In this document: positions 7,196-16,007 of the stretch, piece by piece
Position numbering within the stretch: position 1 is the first letter of the stretch
Layout of the letters: each line of letters starts with the position of its first letter
Source of the DNA: Gemmata obscuriglobus
GTDB lineage: Bacteria > Planctomycetota > Planctomycetia > Gemmatales > Gemmataceae
NCBI RefSeq assembly: GCF_008065095.1
Contig: NZ_CP042911.1
Location: 60,001-92,000 of the forward strand
Reading direction: 5' to 3'
Length of the DNA: 32,000 bases
Made by a program: the position numbers and the translations under genes
Notes under the pieces: model-generated
Told to the model about the DNA's origin: nothing
Seen by the model: only the letters and a program-made list of their open reading frames with translations
The model's database searches: none

Positions 7196-8941
7196 ATGTC
7201 CAAAGACGAAGTCGCCGACGCGCTCGACGAGATCGGAACCCTGCTCGAATTGAAGGGCGAGAACGCGTTCCGTACCAACGCCTACCACAACGCCGCCCGC
7301 GTCGTTCAGCAACTCCCCGGCGACCTCAAACAACTGGTTGCGGACGGCAAGCTCGGCGCGGTTCGCGGGATCGGTGAAGCGCTGTCGCTCAAGATCACCA
7401 CGCTGGTAACCACCGGCAAGCTGCCGTACCTCGAAGACCTCCGCGCTTCGATTCCCGCCGGGATGGTTGAACTACTCCGGCTTCCGGGCCTCGGCCCGAA
7501 GAAGGTGAAGGCGCTCCACGACCTCCTGGGAATCGACAGCATCGAGAAGCTGAAGGCCGCTTGCGAGAGCGGCCAGGTGGCGAAGCAGAAGGGCTTCGGC
7601 GCGAAGACGCAGGACAAGATTCTCGAAGGCATCCGGTTCCGCGATCAGGTCGGGCACCGCGTCCGCATCGATTACGCGTTGCCGCTCGGCACCGCGCTCC
7701 TTGAGCAGATTCGTGGGTTCCCGGGCGTCATCCGCTCCGAACTGTGCGGCAGCCTCAGGCGCCGGAAGGAAACCGTTGCGGACCTCGACATCCTCGTGAG
7801 CAGCGCCGACGCACAGCCCATCATGGACCGGTTCGTAAAGCTGCCCGAAGTGCTTCAGGTGCTCGGACAGGGGCCGACGAAATCGAGCGTGCTCGCGGCG
7901 CTTCACGTTCACGGCACGAAGGTGACCATGCAGGCCGACCTGCGCGTGGTCGAAGACGACCAGTTTCCGTTTGCGCTCCACTACTTCACCGGGAGCAAGG
8001 AACACAACATTCGGATGCGCCAGCGGGCCATCGATCGCGGCCTGACGCTCAACGAGTACGCGCTGGCGAACGACTCGCGCTCGGTCCCCTGCAAAACTGA
8101 AGAGGACATCTTCGCGGCGCTGGGCCTCCCTTACATCGAACCCGAACTGCGCGAGGACACGGGCGAGATCGAAGCCGGCGAGGTCAAGAAGCTGCCGGCG
8201 CTCGTCGCCGATCGCGACATCCGTGGCGTGTTCCACAACCACACCACGTACAGTGACGGCGTGGCTTCGCTCGAGGACATGGCCCTCGCGTGTAAGAAGC
8301 TGGGCTGGGAGTATTTCGGAGTCGCGGACCACTCGCAGTCGCTCACGATTGCACGCGGGCTACCGCCGGGCGCGGTGCGAAAGCAGTGGGCCGAGATCGA
8401 CCGGCTTAACGCACAGCTCAGCGGCGTGCGCATCATTAAAGGGAGCGAGGTCGACATCCTCGAAGACGGGTCGCTCGACTACAGCGACGAACTGCTCGCG
8501 GGGTTCGATTACGTGGTCGCCAGCGTTCACTCGCTGTTCAACATGCCCGAAGCTGACATGACCGCCCGCGTGTGCAAGGCCCTTTCGCACCCGGCGGTGA
8601 CGATGCTGGGGCACGCGACCGGGCGCCTGCTCCTGAAACGCGAGGGGTACAAGATCAACCTGGACGAGGTCATCAAGACCGCGGCCACGTTCGGAAAGAT
8701 GATCGAGATCAACGCGCAGCCGTCGCGCCTCGACCTCGACTGGAAGTACGTGAAGCAGGCCCGAGCGATGGGCGTCCCGATCGTCATCAACCCGGACGCT
8801 CACAGCCCGTGGGAATTGGGACTGTACACCTTCGGGGTTCAGGTCGCTCGGCGCGGATGGCTTACGAAAGACGATGTGTTCAACACTCGCGGGCTGGACG
8901 ACGTGATGAAGGAGCTGGCCCGCCGGAAGGGCGTGAAGTGA
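7196..8941 (+). CDS. polX: DNA polymerase X family protein with a C-terminal PHP phosphoesterase domain
   Basis: The N-terminal HhH/8-kDa domain reads LDEIGTLLELKGENAFRTNAYHNAARVV and GIGEALSLKI, LPGLGPKKVKAL. The palm carries the DLDILV motif. The PHP domain reads FHNHTTYSDG...GVADHSQS. ATG 7196 has GAGGAG 6 nt upstream. Confidence 0.92.
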   Translation: MSKDEVADALDEIGTLLELKGENAFRTNAYHNAARVVQQLPGDLKQLVADGKLGAVRGIGEALSLKITTLVTTGKLPYLEDLRASIPAGMVELLRLPGLGPKKVKALHDLLGIDSIEKLKAACESGQVAKQKGFGAKTQDKILEGIRFRDQVGHRVRIDYALPLGTALLEQIRGFPGVIRSELCGSLRRRKETVADLDILVSSADAQPIMDRFVKLPEVLQVLGQGPTKSSVLAALHVHGTKVTMQADLRVVEDDQFPFALHYFTGSKEHNIRMRQRAIDRGLTLNEYALANDSRSVPCKTEEDIFAALGLPYIEPELREDTGEIEAGEVKKLPALVADRDIRGVFHNHTTYSDGVASLEDMALACKKLGWEYFGVADHSQSLTIARGLPPGAVRKQWAEIDRLNAQLSGVRIIKGSEVDILEDGSLDYSDELLAGFDYVVASVHSLFNMPEADMTARVCKALSHPAVTMLGHATGRLLLKREGYKINLDEVIKTAATFGKMIEINAQPSRLDLDWKYVKQARAMGVPIVINPDAHSPWELGLYTFGVQVARRGWLTKDDVFNTRGLDDVMKELARRKGVK

Positions 8942-8959
8942 TCTCACTGGGAGTCGAAA

Positions 8960-9373
8960 GTGACACCGAAGCCCGAATCGCATCCGCTCTGGGCCGAGTT
9001 GCGCACGAACCCGGACGACACGCTGAAACTCGCGCTGGCCGACTACCTGGAGGAGAACGGTGACCCGAATACGGGGTACGCCTTGCGCTGGTGCGTCGCC
9101 CACGACCGCTGGCCGCGGGTGACCAAGTCGCTGATTATGTGGTACACCGACCCGTCGGAGAAGCACCCCGGTAAGAAGCGAGATGTAGCCCGGGCGCTCT
9201 TGCCGGTGGTGCTTTTCGCGGTGCTGGGACAGGTTCAGACGCGGGCAGATTTGAAATTCGTGGGCACCGGCTATGCGTACTCGACACTTGCAATTGCAAT
9301 GGAAGTGTTGGGCGAAGTTCTCGCTGATTTGCGCCGAATGATCACGACCGAAAGGGCGAGAACGGATCGCTAG
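8960..9373 (+). CDS. TIGR02996-type domain protein (Gemmata-expanded paralogous family)
   Basis: The N-terminus LWAELRTNPDDTLKLALADYLEENGDPNTGYALRW matches the NPDDD-x-x-RLVYADWLEE-x-GDP signature of that family as I recall it. It has a GTG start at 8960 with GGGAG upstream. Confidence 0.65.
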   Translation: MTPKPESHPLWAELRTNPDDTLKLALADYLEENGDPNTGYALRWCVAHDRWPRVTKSLIMWYTDPSEKHPGKKRDVARALLPVVLFAVLGQVQTRADLKFVGTGYAYSTLAIAMEVLGEVLADLRRMITTERARTDR

Positions 9374-10086
9374 GCCGCTGGTCGGAGCAAGTCGTCCGGA
9401 TCGATCCCGAGCTCGCGCAACTTCGCCGCGAGCGCGTCACGGGCCGCGCGGGCCTCTTCGGCGCGGCCGCGCTCTTCCGACAGCCAGCGGAGGGCGTTGA
9501 GCGCACGTTCCCGCTCGCTCTCGAAGGCGAGCGTGGTTTGACGCAACTCTTCCTGCATTTCGCCGACCCGCTGTTCGCGCGTGCGGAACTCGCGCCCGTC
9601 CGGTGTGAACAGCTTCAACTCGCCGTGGTCCTCTTCGAACCGCACGCCCAGGCGCGGGCTGGAATAACCGCCGAGCGGATACACCAACTCGAACCGGCCC
9701 TCGTTCCGGACCCAGCCGATACCCGAACCGCCGTGCGGATCGAGCAGGTAGTATTCTTCCACACCGTACCGGTCGTAGAAGCGCTGCTTCGCTGCCATGT
9801 CCGCGCGGGTGTCGTTCGGTGAGCGCAGCTCAAATACGACGTGCGGCGCGAGCCCGTCTTCTTCCCACTGCCGGTACGCATCGCGGAACACCGGCGCACG
9901 GTCGAACGCAATGAGCACGTCCGGCGCCCGGTGCGTGGCCAAATCGTCTTCGGTCGGGTACCAGAACAGTTCGCTGGCGACGAACACCCGTTGACCGGCG
10001 AACAGTTCGCGCAGCTCCCCGACGAGTTTCATGCGCCACTCGGCCCGGAGCATGGCGTCGGGTGTCGGCGTCCGGTCGGGTCTCAT
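9370..10086 (-). CDS. Uma2-family (DUF820) putative endonuclease with a C-terminal coiled-coil tail
   Basis: The core reads FWYP...APDVLIAF...PHVVFELRSPNDT...KQRFYDRYGVEEYYLLDP, which contains the PD-(D/E)XK-like D...E-x-x-S motif. The tail ends ...LAAKLRELGIDPDD. Its stop overlaps the converging TIGR02996-type gene by 4 bp. Confidence 0.85.
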   Translation of the reverse strand: MRPDRTPTPDAMLRAEWRMKLVGELRELFAGQRVFVASELFWYPTEDDLATHRAPDVLIAFDRAPVFRDAYRQWEEDGLAPHVVFELRSPNDTRADMAAKQRFYDRYGVEEYYLLDPHGGSGIGWVRNEGRFELVYPLGGYSSPRLGVRFEEDHGELKLFTPDGREFRTREQRVGEMQEELRQTTLAFESERERALNALRWLSEERGRAEEARAARDALAAKLRELGIDPDDLLRPAA

Positions 10087-10223
10087 GAATCACCTCGCGG
10101 GTTGTGCGGACGGCGGACATTACCGAACTTCCCCGAACTAAGTCCAGAGCGATTGCGGGAGCCGTTGGAACAGTAAGTGCATTCCTCACGGGTGCGAACC
10201 GACCCCTCCAGCGGAGCCGGCAG

Positions 10224-10928
10224 ATGAGCGATGCGCTGTACTGGTACGCTTCGATTTTCCTTTGGCTGTTTTTAACCGGCGTGGGACTGCCGCCGGCACC
10301 GGAAGAGGCCGGCATTCTATACGCAGCCAGCGTGAACGCGCTTCACTCGGAAGTGTGGTGGCCGTTCGCATGGGCCGCGTGCGGCTTGGGCATTCTCGCG
10401 GCGGATTGTGTGCTGTACGGCGTCGGCTGGAAATGGGGACCGCGACTCTTCGAGTACCGGTGGGTTCAAAAGGTGCTGAGTGGCGAGCGACGGCAGCGAA
10501 TCGAGGGGCACTTCGCCCAGCACGGGATGAAGTTACTCATCCTCGCGCGCTTCTTGCCCCCGGTCCGCACGGGCGTGTTCCTGATTGCAGGGGCGACGCG
10601 GTACTCGTTCGTGAAGTTCTTGATCGCGGACTTGGTGTACGCCGTCGTCGGTGTTGGTGCGTTCTTCTTCTTCGGCGCGTGGTTACTCACGCTGATCCAC
10701 CGCTATCAAAGCACCGCGCTGACGATCGGGGCCATTGCGGTGATGTGTTACGGGCTTTACATGTACTACCGGCTCCTGCGCCGGCGCGAACTGCGGAACG
10801 GTCCGCAAGCACCGGTGTCGATTCTTCAAGGGCCAGAGGGGTCGGTGCCGGCGGGCGAACCGGCCAAGAACACCGCCGCTGCCTCTGCGGCCCAGCACGA
10901 AGCGAATGTGGCTCTCGGTAAGAGCTGA
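10224..10928 (+). CDS. DedA/VTT-domain inner-membrane protein
   Basis: Comes from ORF 10104..10928, trimmed to ATG 10224. Motifs: LFLTGVGLPPAPEE and LILARFLPPVRTGVFLIAGATRYSFVKFL, with multiple transmembrane segments. Confidence 0.85.
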   Translation: MSDALYWYASIFLWLFLTGVGLPPAPEEAGILYAASVNALHSEVWWPFAWAACGLGILAADCVLYGVGWKWGPRLFEYRWVQKVLSGERRQRIEGHFAQHGMKLLILARFLPPVRTGVFLIAGATRYSFVKFLIADLVYAVVGVGAFFFFGAWLLTLIHRYQSTALTIGAIAVMCYGLYMYYRLLRRRELRNGPQAPVSILQGPEGSVPAGEPAKNTAAASAAQHEANVALGKS

Positions 10929-10933
10929 GTCAC

Positions 10934-12211
10934 TCACCGGGCGCGGTACTTGGGGTTTGCTTCCAGATACGCCTTCACGCGCTCGGTGCGGGTGATCGCG
11001 TCGGCGAAGAACTGCACCGCCTGAACAAGGCGCTCGTCGGGCTCGGCGCACGAAAACCGCAAGAACCCCTGGCCCGCCGCGCCGAAGCACTCTCCGCCGA
11101 GACACGCGACGCCGCGCTTGTCGTCCGCCCCTTCGAGCAGGTACATCGCCAACCCGTGCGAGGTGATCCCGAGCCGGTCGCAGATCGGCTTCACGTTCGG
11201 GAACACGTAGAACGTCCCCTCGGGCATCAGCACCGTCACGTCGGGCAGTTTGCGAAGCTCGTTGACCAGTAGCACCACCTTCGCGTGGAACTTGACCATC
11301 ACATCATCGCGCTCGGCGGCGTCGTGTTCCAGCGCGGCCTTTCCGGCCATCTGCACTATCGGCGGCACACACGAGAGCGACGTGTTGATCATCTTGCTGA
11401 CCACTTGGGCCGTGGCGGCCGAGGTGACCATGTACCCGCACCGCCACCCGCTCATGCTGTAGCTCTTCGAAAATGTGTACGCCCCCACGCACTGCTCCAG
11501 CATTCCGGGTTCCGCAAGGATGCTGTGGTGCTTACCCAGCACCGACGGACCCGCCGCGTTCCACACCATGTGGCAGTACGGCTCGTCGGAGAAGACTGCG
11601 ATGTTGGTACCGCGAACAATGTTCGCGATGGCCTTCAGGTCGTCCGCGGTCGCCACGCCCCCGGTCGGGTTGTGTGGGAAGTTGAGGAAGAGGGCACGGG
11701 CGCGGGGCTCACTCTTGACGAACTTCTCAATCGCGCCGAGGTCCGGGCGAAACTGATTCTCTTGCTTGAGGGGAACGTAGACCGGCTTCGCACCACGACG
11801 GATAATGTTAGGCTCGAACGTCGGGAACGCCGGCTGGAACACAAGGACCGCGTCGCCGGGTTCGAGGAACGCTTCGCAGAAGTATGTCTCAAACACTTTC
11901 GCGCCCGGACCGACCACCACGTTATCCGCGGTCGCCGGCACCCCGAATTCCTTTTTCACGGTCGCCGCGATGGTCTCGCGAAACTCGGGCAGGCCCGCCG
12001 AAGGGCAGTAGCGCGTGAGACCCGCGTCGATAGCCGCGTGCGCGGCTTTCAGTGCGCTCGCGGTCGTCGGGAACGGCGAATCACCGATCTGCAGAGCAAT
12101 CACGTCCTTCCCGCTGGTCATCAGCTTCCGGGCGACGGCAAGCACGTCGAACGCGGTCTCGGTGGTCAGCCCGCGAGCAAACGACGACAAGCTGGGAACG
12201 GTGCGGTCCAT
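10934..12211 (-). CDS. PLP-dependent aminotransferase, class I/II (aspartate/aromatic-type)
   Basis: Motifs: VIALQIGDSPFPT, NFPHNPTGGV and the PLP-lysine motif YTFSKSYSMSGWRCGY. The start is uncertain: ATG 12211 (MDRTVPSL) or ATG 12253 (MTTPSP). The long upstream extension to 12511 is low-complexity and unlikely to be coding. Confidence 0.9.
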   Translation of the reverse strand: MDRTVPSLSSFARGLTTETAFDVLAVARKLMTSGKDVIALQIGDSPFPTTASALKAAHAAIDAGLTRYCPSAGLPEFRETIAATVKKEFGVPATADNVVVGPGAKVFETYFCEAFLEPGDAVLVFQPAFPTFEPNIIRRGAKPVYVPLKQENQFRPDLGAIEKFVKSEPRARALFLNFPHNPTGGVATADDLKAIANIVRGTNIAVFSDEPYCHMVWNAAGPSVLGKHHSILAEPGMLEQCVGAYTFSKSYSMSGWRCGYMVTSAATAQVVSKMINTSLSCVPPIVQMAGKAALEHDAAERDDVMVKFHAKVVLLVNELRKLPDVTVLMPEGTFYVFPNVKPICDRLGITSHGLAMYLLEGADDKRGVACLGGECFGAAGQGFLRFSCAEPDERLVQAVQFFADAITRTERVKAYLEANPKYRAR

Positions 12212-12359
12212 CTGGGGGTCTCGTGAATTATGGTCGGGAGAGGGTGTTGTCATCAAACGGATGCTGCTTCCCTCCGGCCAGCAAACTCGCGCAGTGCCGA
12301 ATCCGTGAACTAGATTCCGGACGACGCCGATCCAGCCGACGCCGAAAATCAGGTGCGCA

Positions 12360-12854
12360 ATGAACGACGCGGTGAGCGAGAAGGGCGGCGAGCGGGAAGA
12401 CGAACTCGAAGTCGGTGAACCGATCGAGGACGAGGTGGCTTCGTCGCCAGTTAAGAAGAAGATCCGAGCCCGAGTCGTTCCGTTCGACGGCCGCTCACCA
12501 CACCGCTCCAAGCCCGGCCGAGATCAACACGACACGCGCGCGGAGCAGACGGAACTGAGCAACTCGTCGGGCGGTCAAATGGTGCTGACTACCGCAAAAT
12601 ACATGCCCCAGCAGTCTGTTGAACCAGAGTCGCGTCGCGAACACCGAAGCAAGAAGGGGCAACCGTCGGAACCGGCAAGCAGTCTTGAAGGGAAGGTGCT
12701 CAACAGCGGGAAATGGGGCGGAATGCTTGCGATGACGATTGCAGCGATTTGGTTCATGGCCGGGATAGTGAACGACACCGTTTTCATCTACCCGCCGATC
12801 TTGTTTGTCATCGGCCTGGTGGCCTTCGTGAAAGACGCATCGGGCAGCGAGTAA
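12360..12854 (+). CDS. Hypothetical protein with a charged N-terminal region and two C-terminal transmembrane helices
   Basis: ATG ORF divergent from the aminotransferase gene. The C-terminus WGGMLAMTIAAIWFMAGIV...IYPPILFVIGLVAFV looks like a helical hairpin. I see no clear RBS, so the start could be internal. Confidence 0.45.
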   Translation: MNDAVSEKGGEREDELEVGEPIEDEVASSPVKKKIRARVVPFDGRSPHRSKPGRDQHDTRAEQTELSNSSGGQMVLTTAKYMPQQSVEPESRREHRSKKGQPSEPASSLEGKVLNSGKWGGMLAMTIAAIWFMAGIVNDTVFIYPPILFVIGLVAFVKDASGSE

Positions 12855-12874
12855 CGTCGTCATTCGCAGCGCAC

Positions 12875-12913
12875 AAAAAACGCCCAGGACTCCTGTTCAT
12901 GGCCAGAGTCCTG
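12875..12913 (-). terminator. Intrinsic terminator for CDS 12929..13675
   Basis: CAGGACTC (12885-12892) pairs with GAGTCCTG (12906-12913). On the minus strand the stem is followed by GGGCG and a TTTTTT run (complement of A6 at 12875-12880). It sits between converging genes. Confidence 0.6.
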
Positions 12914-12928
12914 AGCTGCCAAGTCAGG

Positions 12929-13675
12929 TTACTGCTTCGCGCTAATCGCCTTCGCCAGCGGGTTGATGACCTGGGGCACCACGTAGGTACTCACCAGCTC
13001 GTCGAGAACGCGGCGCTGGTTGTGGTAACTTTCGGCAAACGTCTTAAACGGTTGCTTTCCCCAGAACTGCCGCACGGTGAAGTAAACAGTTACCGGCGAC
13101 TCTGGGAAACTGTTGGTCCGCACTTGGTACGCGTTCGTCCGGGTCTCGATGCTGAGCCGGGCCTGCAACTGACACCCCTCGTCCAGCGCGAGCATCATGG
13201 TGGGCTGGTAGTGCAGCACCCGCGCCGCAGGCACCTGGACGAGCGACTCAAGCGGCGTACCGGTCGTTAGCGCCTCGGCGACGACCTCGTCGTGGTTCCC
13301 TTGGTACAGGAAGTCAAAGTAATAGAGAACGTCCACCGACTCGGTTTGCAGCGGCCCGAGGTCGAGGTGGCCGGCCGCCATTTCCAACACGCGCTCGTTG
13401 TGCGCGTCGGCATCTTCCAGAGCGGGCGGGTTTACGAACCCGGTACTCAGTCGTCGGTGGTCGAGCGAGGCCCACCGGTAACTGCCGGAGTCCCGTTCCT
13501 CTTCGAGCATGTATTCGGTATCACTGCGCTTCTCGAACTCCGTCATCTTGGGCGACACCTTTTGGAGCGCCTCGAAGAAGTGGAGCACCGTTTCGCGCGC
13601 GCTGGGCATTTCGAGCTTACCGTGAACGTAGGTCGAAACGCCGAAGTCGTCGCACAACGAGGCGTAGGAGTTCAT
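12929..13675 (-). CDS. Hypothetical protein, 248 aa, no domain recognised
   Basis: Clean ATG ORF of balanced, non-repetitive composition (MNSYASLCDDFGVSTYVHGKLEMPSARETVLHFFEAL...). A terminator lies downstream. I could not match any motif from memory. Confidence 0.7.
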   Translation of the reverse strand: MNSYASLCDDFGVSTYVHGKLEMPSARETVLHFFEALQKVSPKMTEFEKRSDTEYMLEEERDSGSYRWASLDHRRLSTGFVNPPALEDADAHNERVLEMAAGHLDLGPLQTESVDVLYYFDFLYQGNHDEVVAEALTTGTPLESLVQVPAARVLHYQPTMMLALDEGCQLQARLSIETRTNAYQVRTNSFPESPVTVYFTVRQFWGKQPFKTFAESYHNQRRVLDELVSTYVVPQVINPLAKAISAKQ

Positions 13676-13978
13676 CAGAAGGTCCTTTCTCTCGGACCGG
13701 CGCGCGGAGAGGCGTCCAGGCTTACGGTACAGGCGCGGCCGGCGTAACGGGTCTGGAGTATTGTTCGGCGCAGGCTGTCCGGATGCAAGGCCGGTAAGCG
13801 GCCCGGATTACAGACGCCGGACAACCAGCTCGCGGCTAAGAAGTCGAGATCAGACTAGAGAGGCAGAAAACGAGATGGGTTCGCAGGCGGTAGGAGTTCA
13901 CCGCTGGGAGTGAGGCTCGAAGCATTCGAGGGCTTAGCACTCACTCCCATACGCTTGCGGTTCAATCTTCGAACTCGA

Positions 13979-14254
13979 TTACGCAGCAACGCGGACCTTC
14001 GAAACCGGGGCCGGCACTTTCAGGGTCGTCTTCAACGTCCAGCGCCCGGCGTCGGGAGCACCGCTCCATTGTTGGAGCTGAATTGCGGTCACGTGTTCGC
14101 GCTCTTCTTCGTCGAGAACTTCCGTGAACGCCTCGGCGTACATCTGTCGAACCTGGGTGGACGATCGCCCGACGACGAGAAGAGCGTCGCCGCGGTCGTC
14201 GAACACCGCAACCGCGCGCCAGCCCTGAGCCTTGGATTCAGTAGTAACGAGCAT
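13979..14254 (-). CDS. Hypothetical small protein, 91 aa
   Basis: Comes from ORF 13979..14359, trimmed to ATG 14254 with GGGAGGG 8 nt upstream. The product is MLVTTESKAQGWRAVAVFDDRGDALLVVGRSSTQVRQMYAEAFTEVLDEEEREHV.... No domain recognised. Confidence 0.6.
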   Translation of the reverse strand: MLVTTESKAQGWRAVAVFDDRGDALLVVGRSSTQVRQMYAEAFTEVLDEEEREHVTAIQLQQWSGAPDAGRWTLKTTLKVPAPVSKVRVAA

Positions 14255-14794
14255 GGTGTAACCCTCCCTGGCTGAGTGTGATGGGCGTCGCTGATCCGTC
14301 AGCGGCGTGAGGAATAGATTGCCGGATCGGGGGCCTCGCGTCAAGAAAAAACCAGGCAATCGGTAAAAATTACCTCAAGTCGCGTCTCGTAACTGACGGC
14401 GGGCACAATCGTTGTGAGGTCCAGAAAAGTAACTGCTTTTAGAGGGCGCTCGCGAGGGGCAATTCCCACTCGGGTGCGGTAACGCGCTGGCACATCGACC
14501 CTCACGCCATCGTCTGGAATAAGGCGAATAAAATTCTTGCGCGATCGATATGACGTGCGTGATAATGTATTCGTCGACGAGACACTTGAAGCGGAGTTGG
14601 GTATTTGCAACGGGTTCTTTACCCCACTCCGCGCATCTACCCGTCGCTTCTGTGCTTGGCCGTACATCTCGGGCTTTGAGGATCAAAAACCGCCTCGCGA
14701 AATGCAGACACGCCCGGGGCGTGGCTTTACCACGTAGCCCGAGCGCAACATTATTCAAGACGGCAAGGATACGAGCAAGCGAAAATGATGGAAT

Positions 14795-14884
14795 CCTTGA
14801 GACTGAATTAGTCTCAAGGTTACTAACGCAACAGGCGGACACGCTGTGTCCGAACTACCACGGGCCTGCGGTTGTTCGCAGGCC
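14795..14884 (-). terminator. Three consecutive hairpins in the 3' region of the rbp gene
   Basis: Hairpin 1 is GGCCTGCG/CGCAGGCC (14863-14870/14877-14884). Hairpin 2 is CGGACAC/GTGTCCG (14836-14842/14846-14852). Hairpin 3 is CCTTGAGACT/AGTCTCAAGG (14795-14804/14810-14819). On the minus strand hairpin 3 is followed by ATTCCATCATTTTC. Only hairpin 3 has a U-rich trail. Confidence 0.4.
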
Positions 14885-14891
14885 GCTCGGT

Positions 14892-15296
14892 CTAGTAGCG
14901 ATCACCGCGATCGCCGCCACCACCGTAACCCCCGCCGTAACCGCCACCACCCCCGCCGTAGCCGCCCCCACCACCACCGCCGCGACGGCCTCCGCCACCC
15001 CCGCCGTAGCCGCCACCCCCGCCGCCACCACGACCGCCACCACCGCCCTCGCGCGGCTTCGCGATGTTGACGGTCAGCGGGCGACCGTTCATGAGTTGAT
15101 TATTGAGCGCGTCGATGGCAGCCTGGGCTTCTTGCTCGTTGGCCATTTCCACGAATCCGAACCCGCGACTGCGGCCCGTTTCGCGATCCATCACGATCTG
15201 TGCGCGGATCACCGCGCCGTACTGCTGGAACATTTCGGACAGTTCGCTGTCCGTCGTTGCCCAAGGCAAGTTACCGACGTAGATGTTCGTAGCCAT
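14892..15296 (-). CDS. RRM-type glycine-rich RNA-binding protein
   Basis: Comes from ORF 14892..15389, trimmed to ATG 15296. RNP2 is NIYVGNL and RNP1 is RGFGFVEM. The C-terminal tail is GGGGRGGGGGGGYGGGGGG.... Confidence 0.92.
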   Translation of the reverse strand: MATNIYVGNLPWATTDSELSEMFQQYGAVIRAQIVMDRETGRSRGFGFVEMANEQEAQAAIDALNNQLMNGRPLTVNIAKPREGGGGGRGGGGGGGYGGGGGGRRGGGGGGGYGGGGGGYGGGYGGGGDRGDRY

Positions 15297-15423
15297 GCGA
15301 AACCGAAGCCACCATGCGCCCGTGCTTACGCTGCGCCATGCGGCCCTGCTCAAACACGGAGCAGGCACAAACCGCGAGGTGCCAAGCACGCATTCTCCCG
15401 ACGAAAGCCGGAATAATCGTCAC

Positions 15424-15451
15424 ACTATAATCCGCGCGGACGGCGCCGCAA
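15424..15451 (-). promoter_or_regulatory. Candidate sigma70-type promoter for rbp
   Basis: The minus strand reads TTGCGG (15451-15446), a 16-nt spacer, then TATAGT (15429-15424), preceded by an A7 tract. This would give a 5' UTR of about 120 nt. It is a pattern match only, and planctomycete promoter rules are poorly defined. Confidence 0.3.
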
Positions 15452-15678
15452 GGATTTTTTTGAGAGAAGAAGGAAAAGGTGAAAGTGCCGGCTAACACGA
15501 GAGGGACTAGCGAAGAACCGCGGGCAGTTGTTGAAGCAGATTTCCCGGCGCATTGTTCGGGCTGAGAACCGTCACCCTATCAGAGTGAAGGCTGCGTGTG
15601 GCCAGTGGACCGCACGCCCAACCCAACAACACCCGGGAAACTCAGGACAGGCCGACTGAAATCTAAAGCCGAGCGATA

Positions 15679-15972
15679 CTAATCAACGACCGCAAGTAGG
15701 TCGTCTTCGGTGCAGATGAGGTACTCTTTGCCGTCGATGGTGACTTCGCTACCCGCGTAGCTGGTGAAGAGGACGCGGTCGCCAACTTTGACCTGGAACG
15801 GCGCGCGGCTCCCGCCTTCAAGCGGCTTCCCCTCGCCGACCGCCAGCACCTTACCCTGCTTGGGCTTCTCTTTGGCGCTGTCCGGCAGGATGATCCCGCC
15901 AGCCGTCTTGTCGTCGGCTTCCAGGCGCTCGACCACGATCTTGTCGTTCAGGGGCACAATCTTCAGGGCCAT
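15679..15972 (-). CDS. groES: Co-chaperonin GroES
   Basis: Product is MALKIVPLNDKIVVERLEADDKTAGGIILPDSAKEKPKQGKVLAVGEG...GDRVLFTSYAGSEV, 97 aa, a classic Cpn10. Confidence 0.95.
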   Translation of the reverse strand: MALKIVPLNDKIVVERLEADDKTAGGIILPDSAKEKPKQGKVLAVGEGKPLEGGSRAPFQVKVGDRVLFTSYAGSEVTIDGKEYLICTEDDLLAVVD

Positions 15973-16007
15973 CGTTCGGCTCTCCTCGTGGCAACAGACA
16001 GAAACAG

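Noticed and set aside
14341-14842. ORFs inside the AT-rich island as real genes (108 aa and 155 aa on the minus strand, 66 aa on the plus strand).
   Set aside because: They overlap one another, have no RBS, have Ser/Arg-rich odd composition and show no motif. One starts inside the rbp 3' hairpins. I report the region as a compositional anomaly rather than as a CDS.
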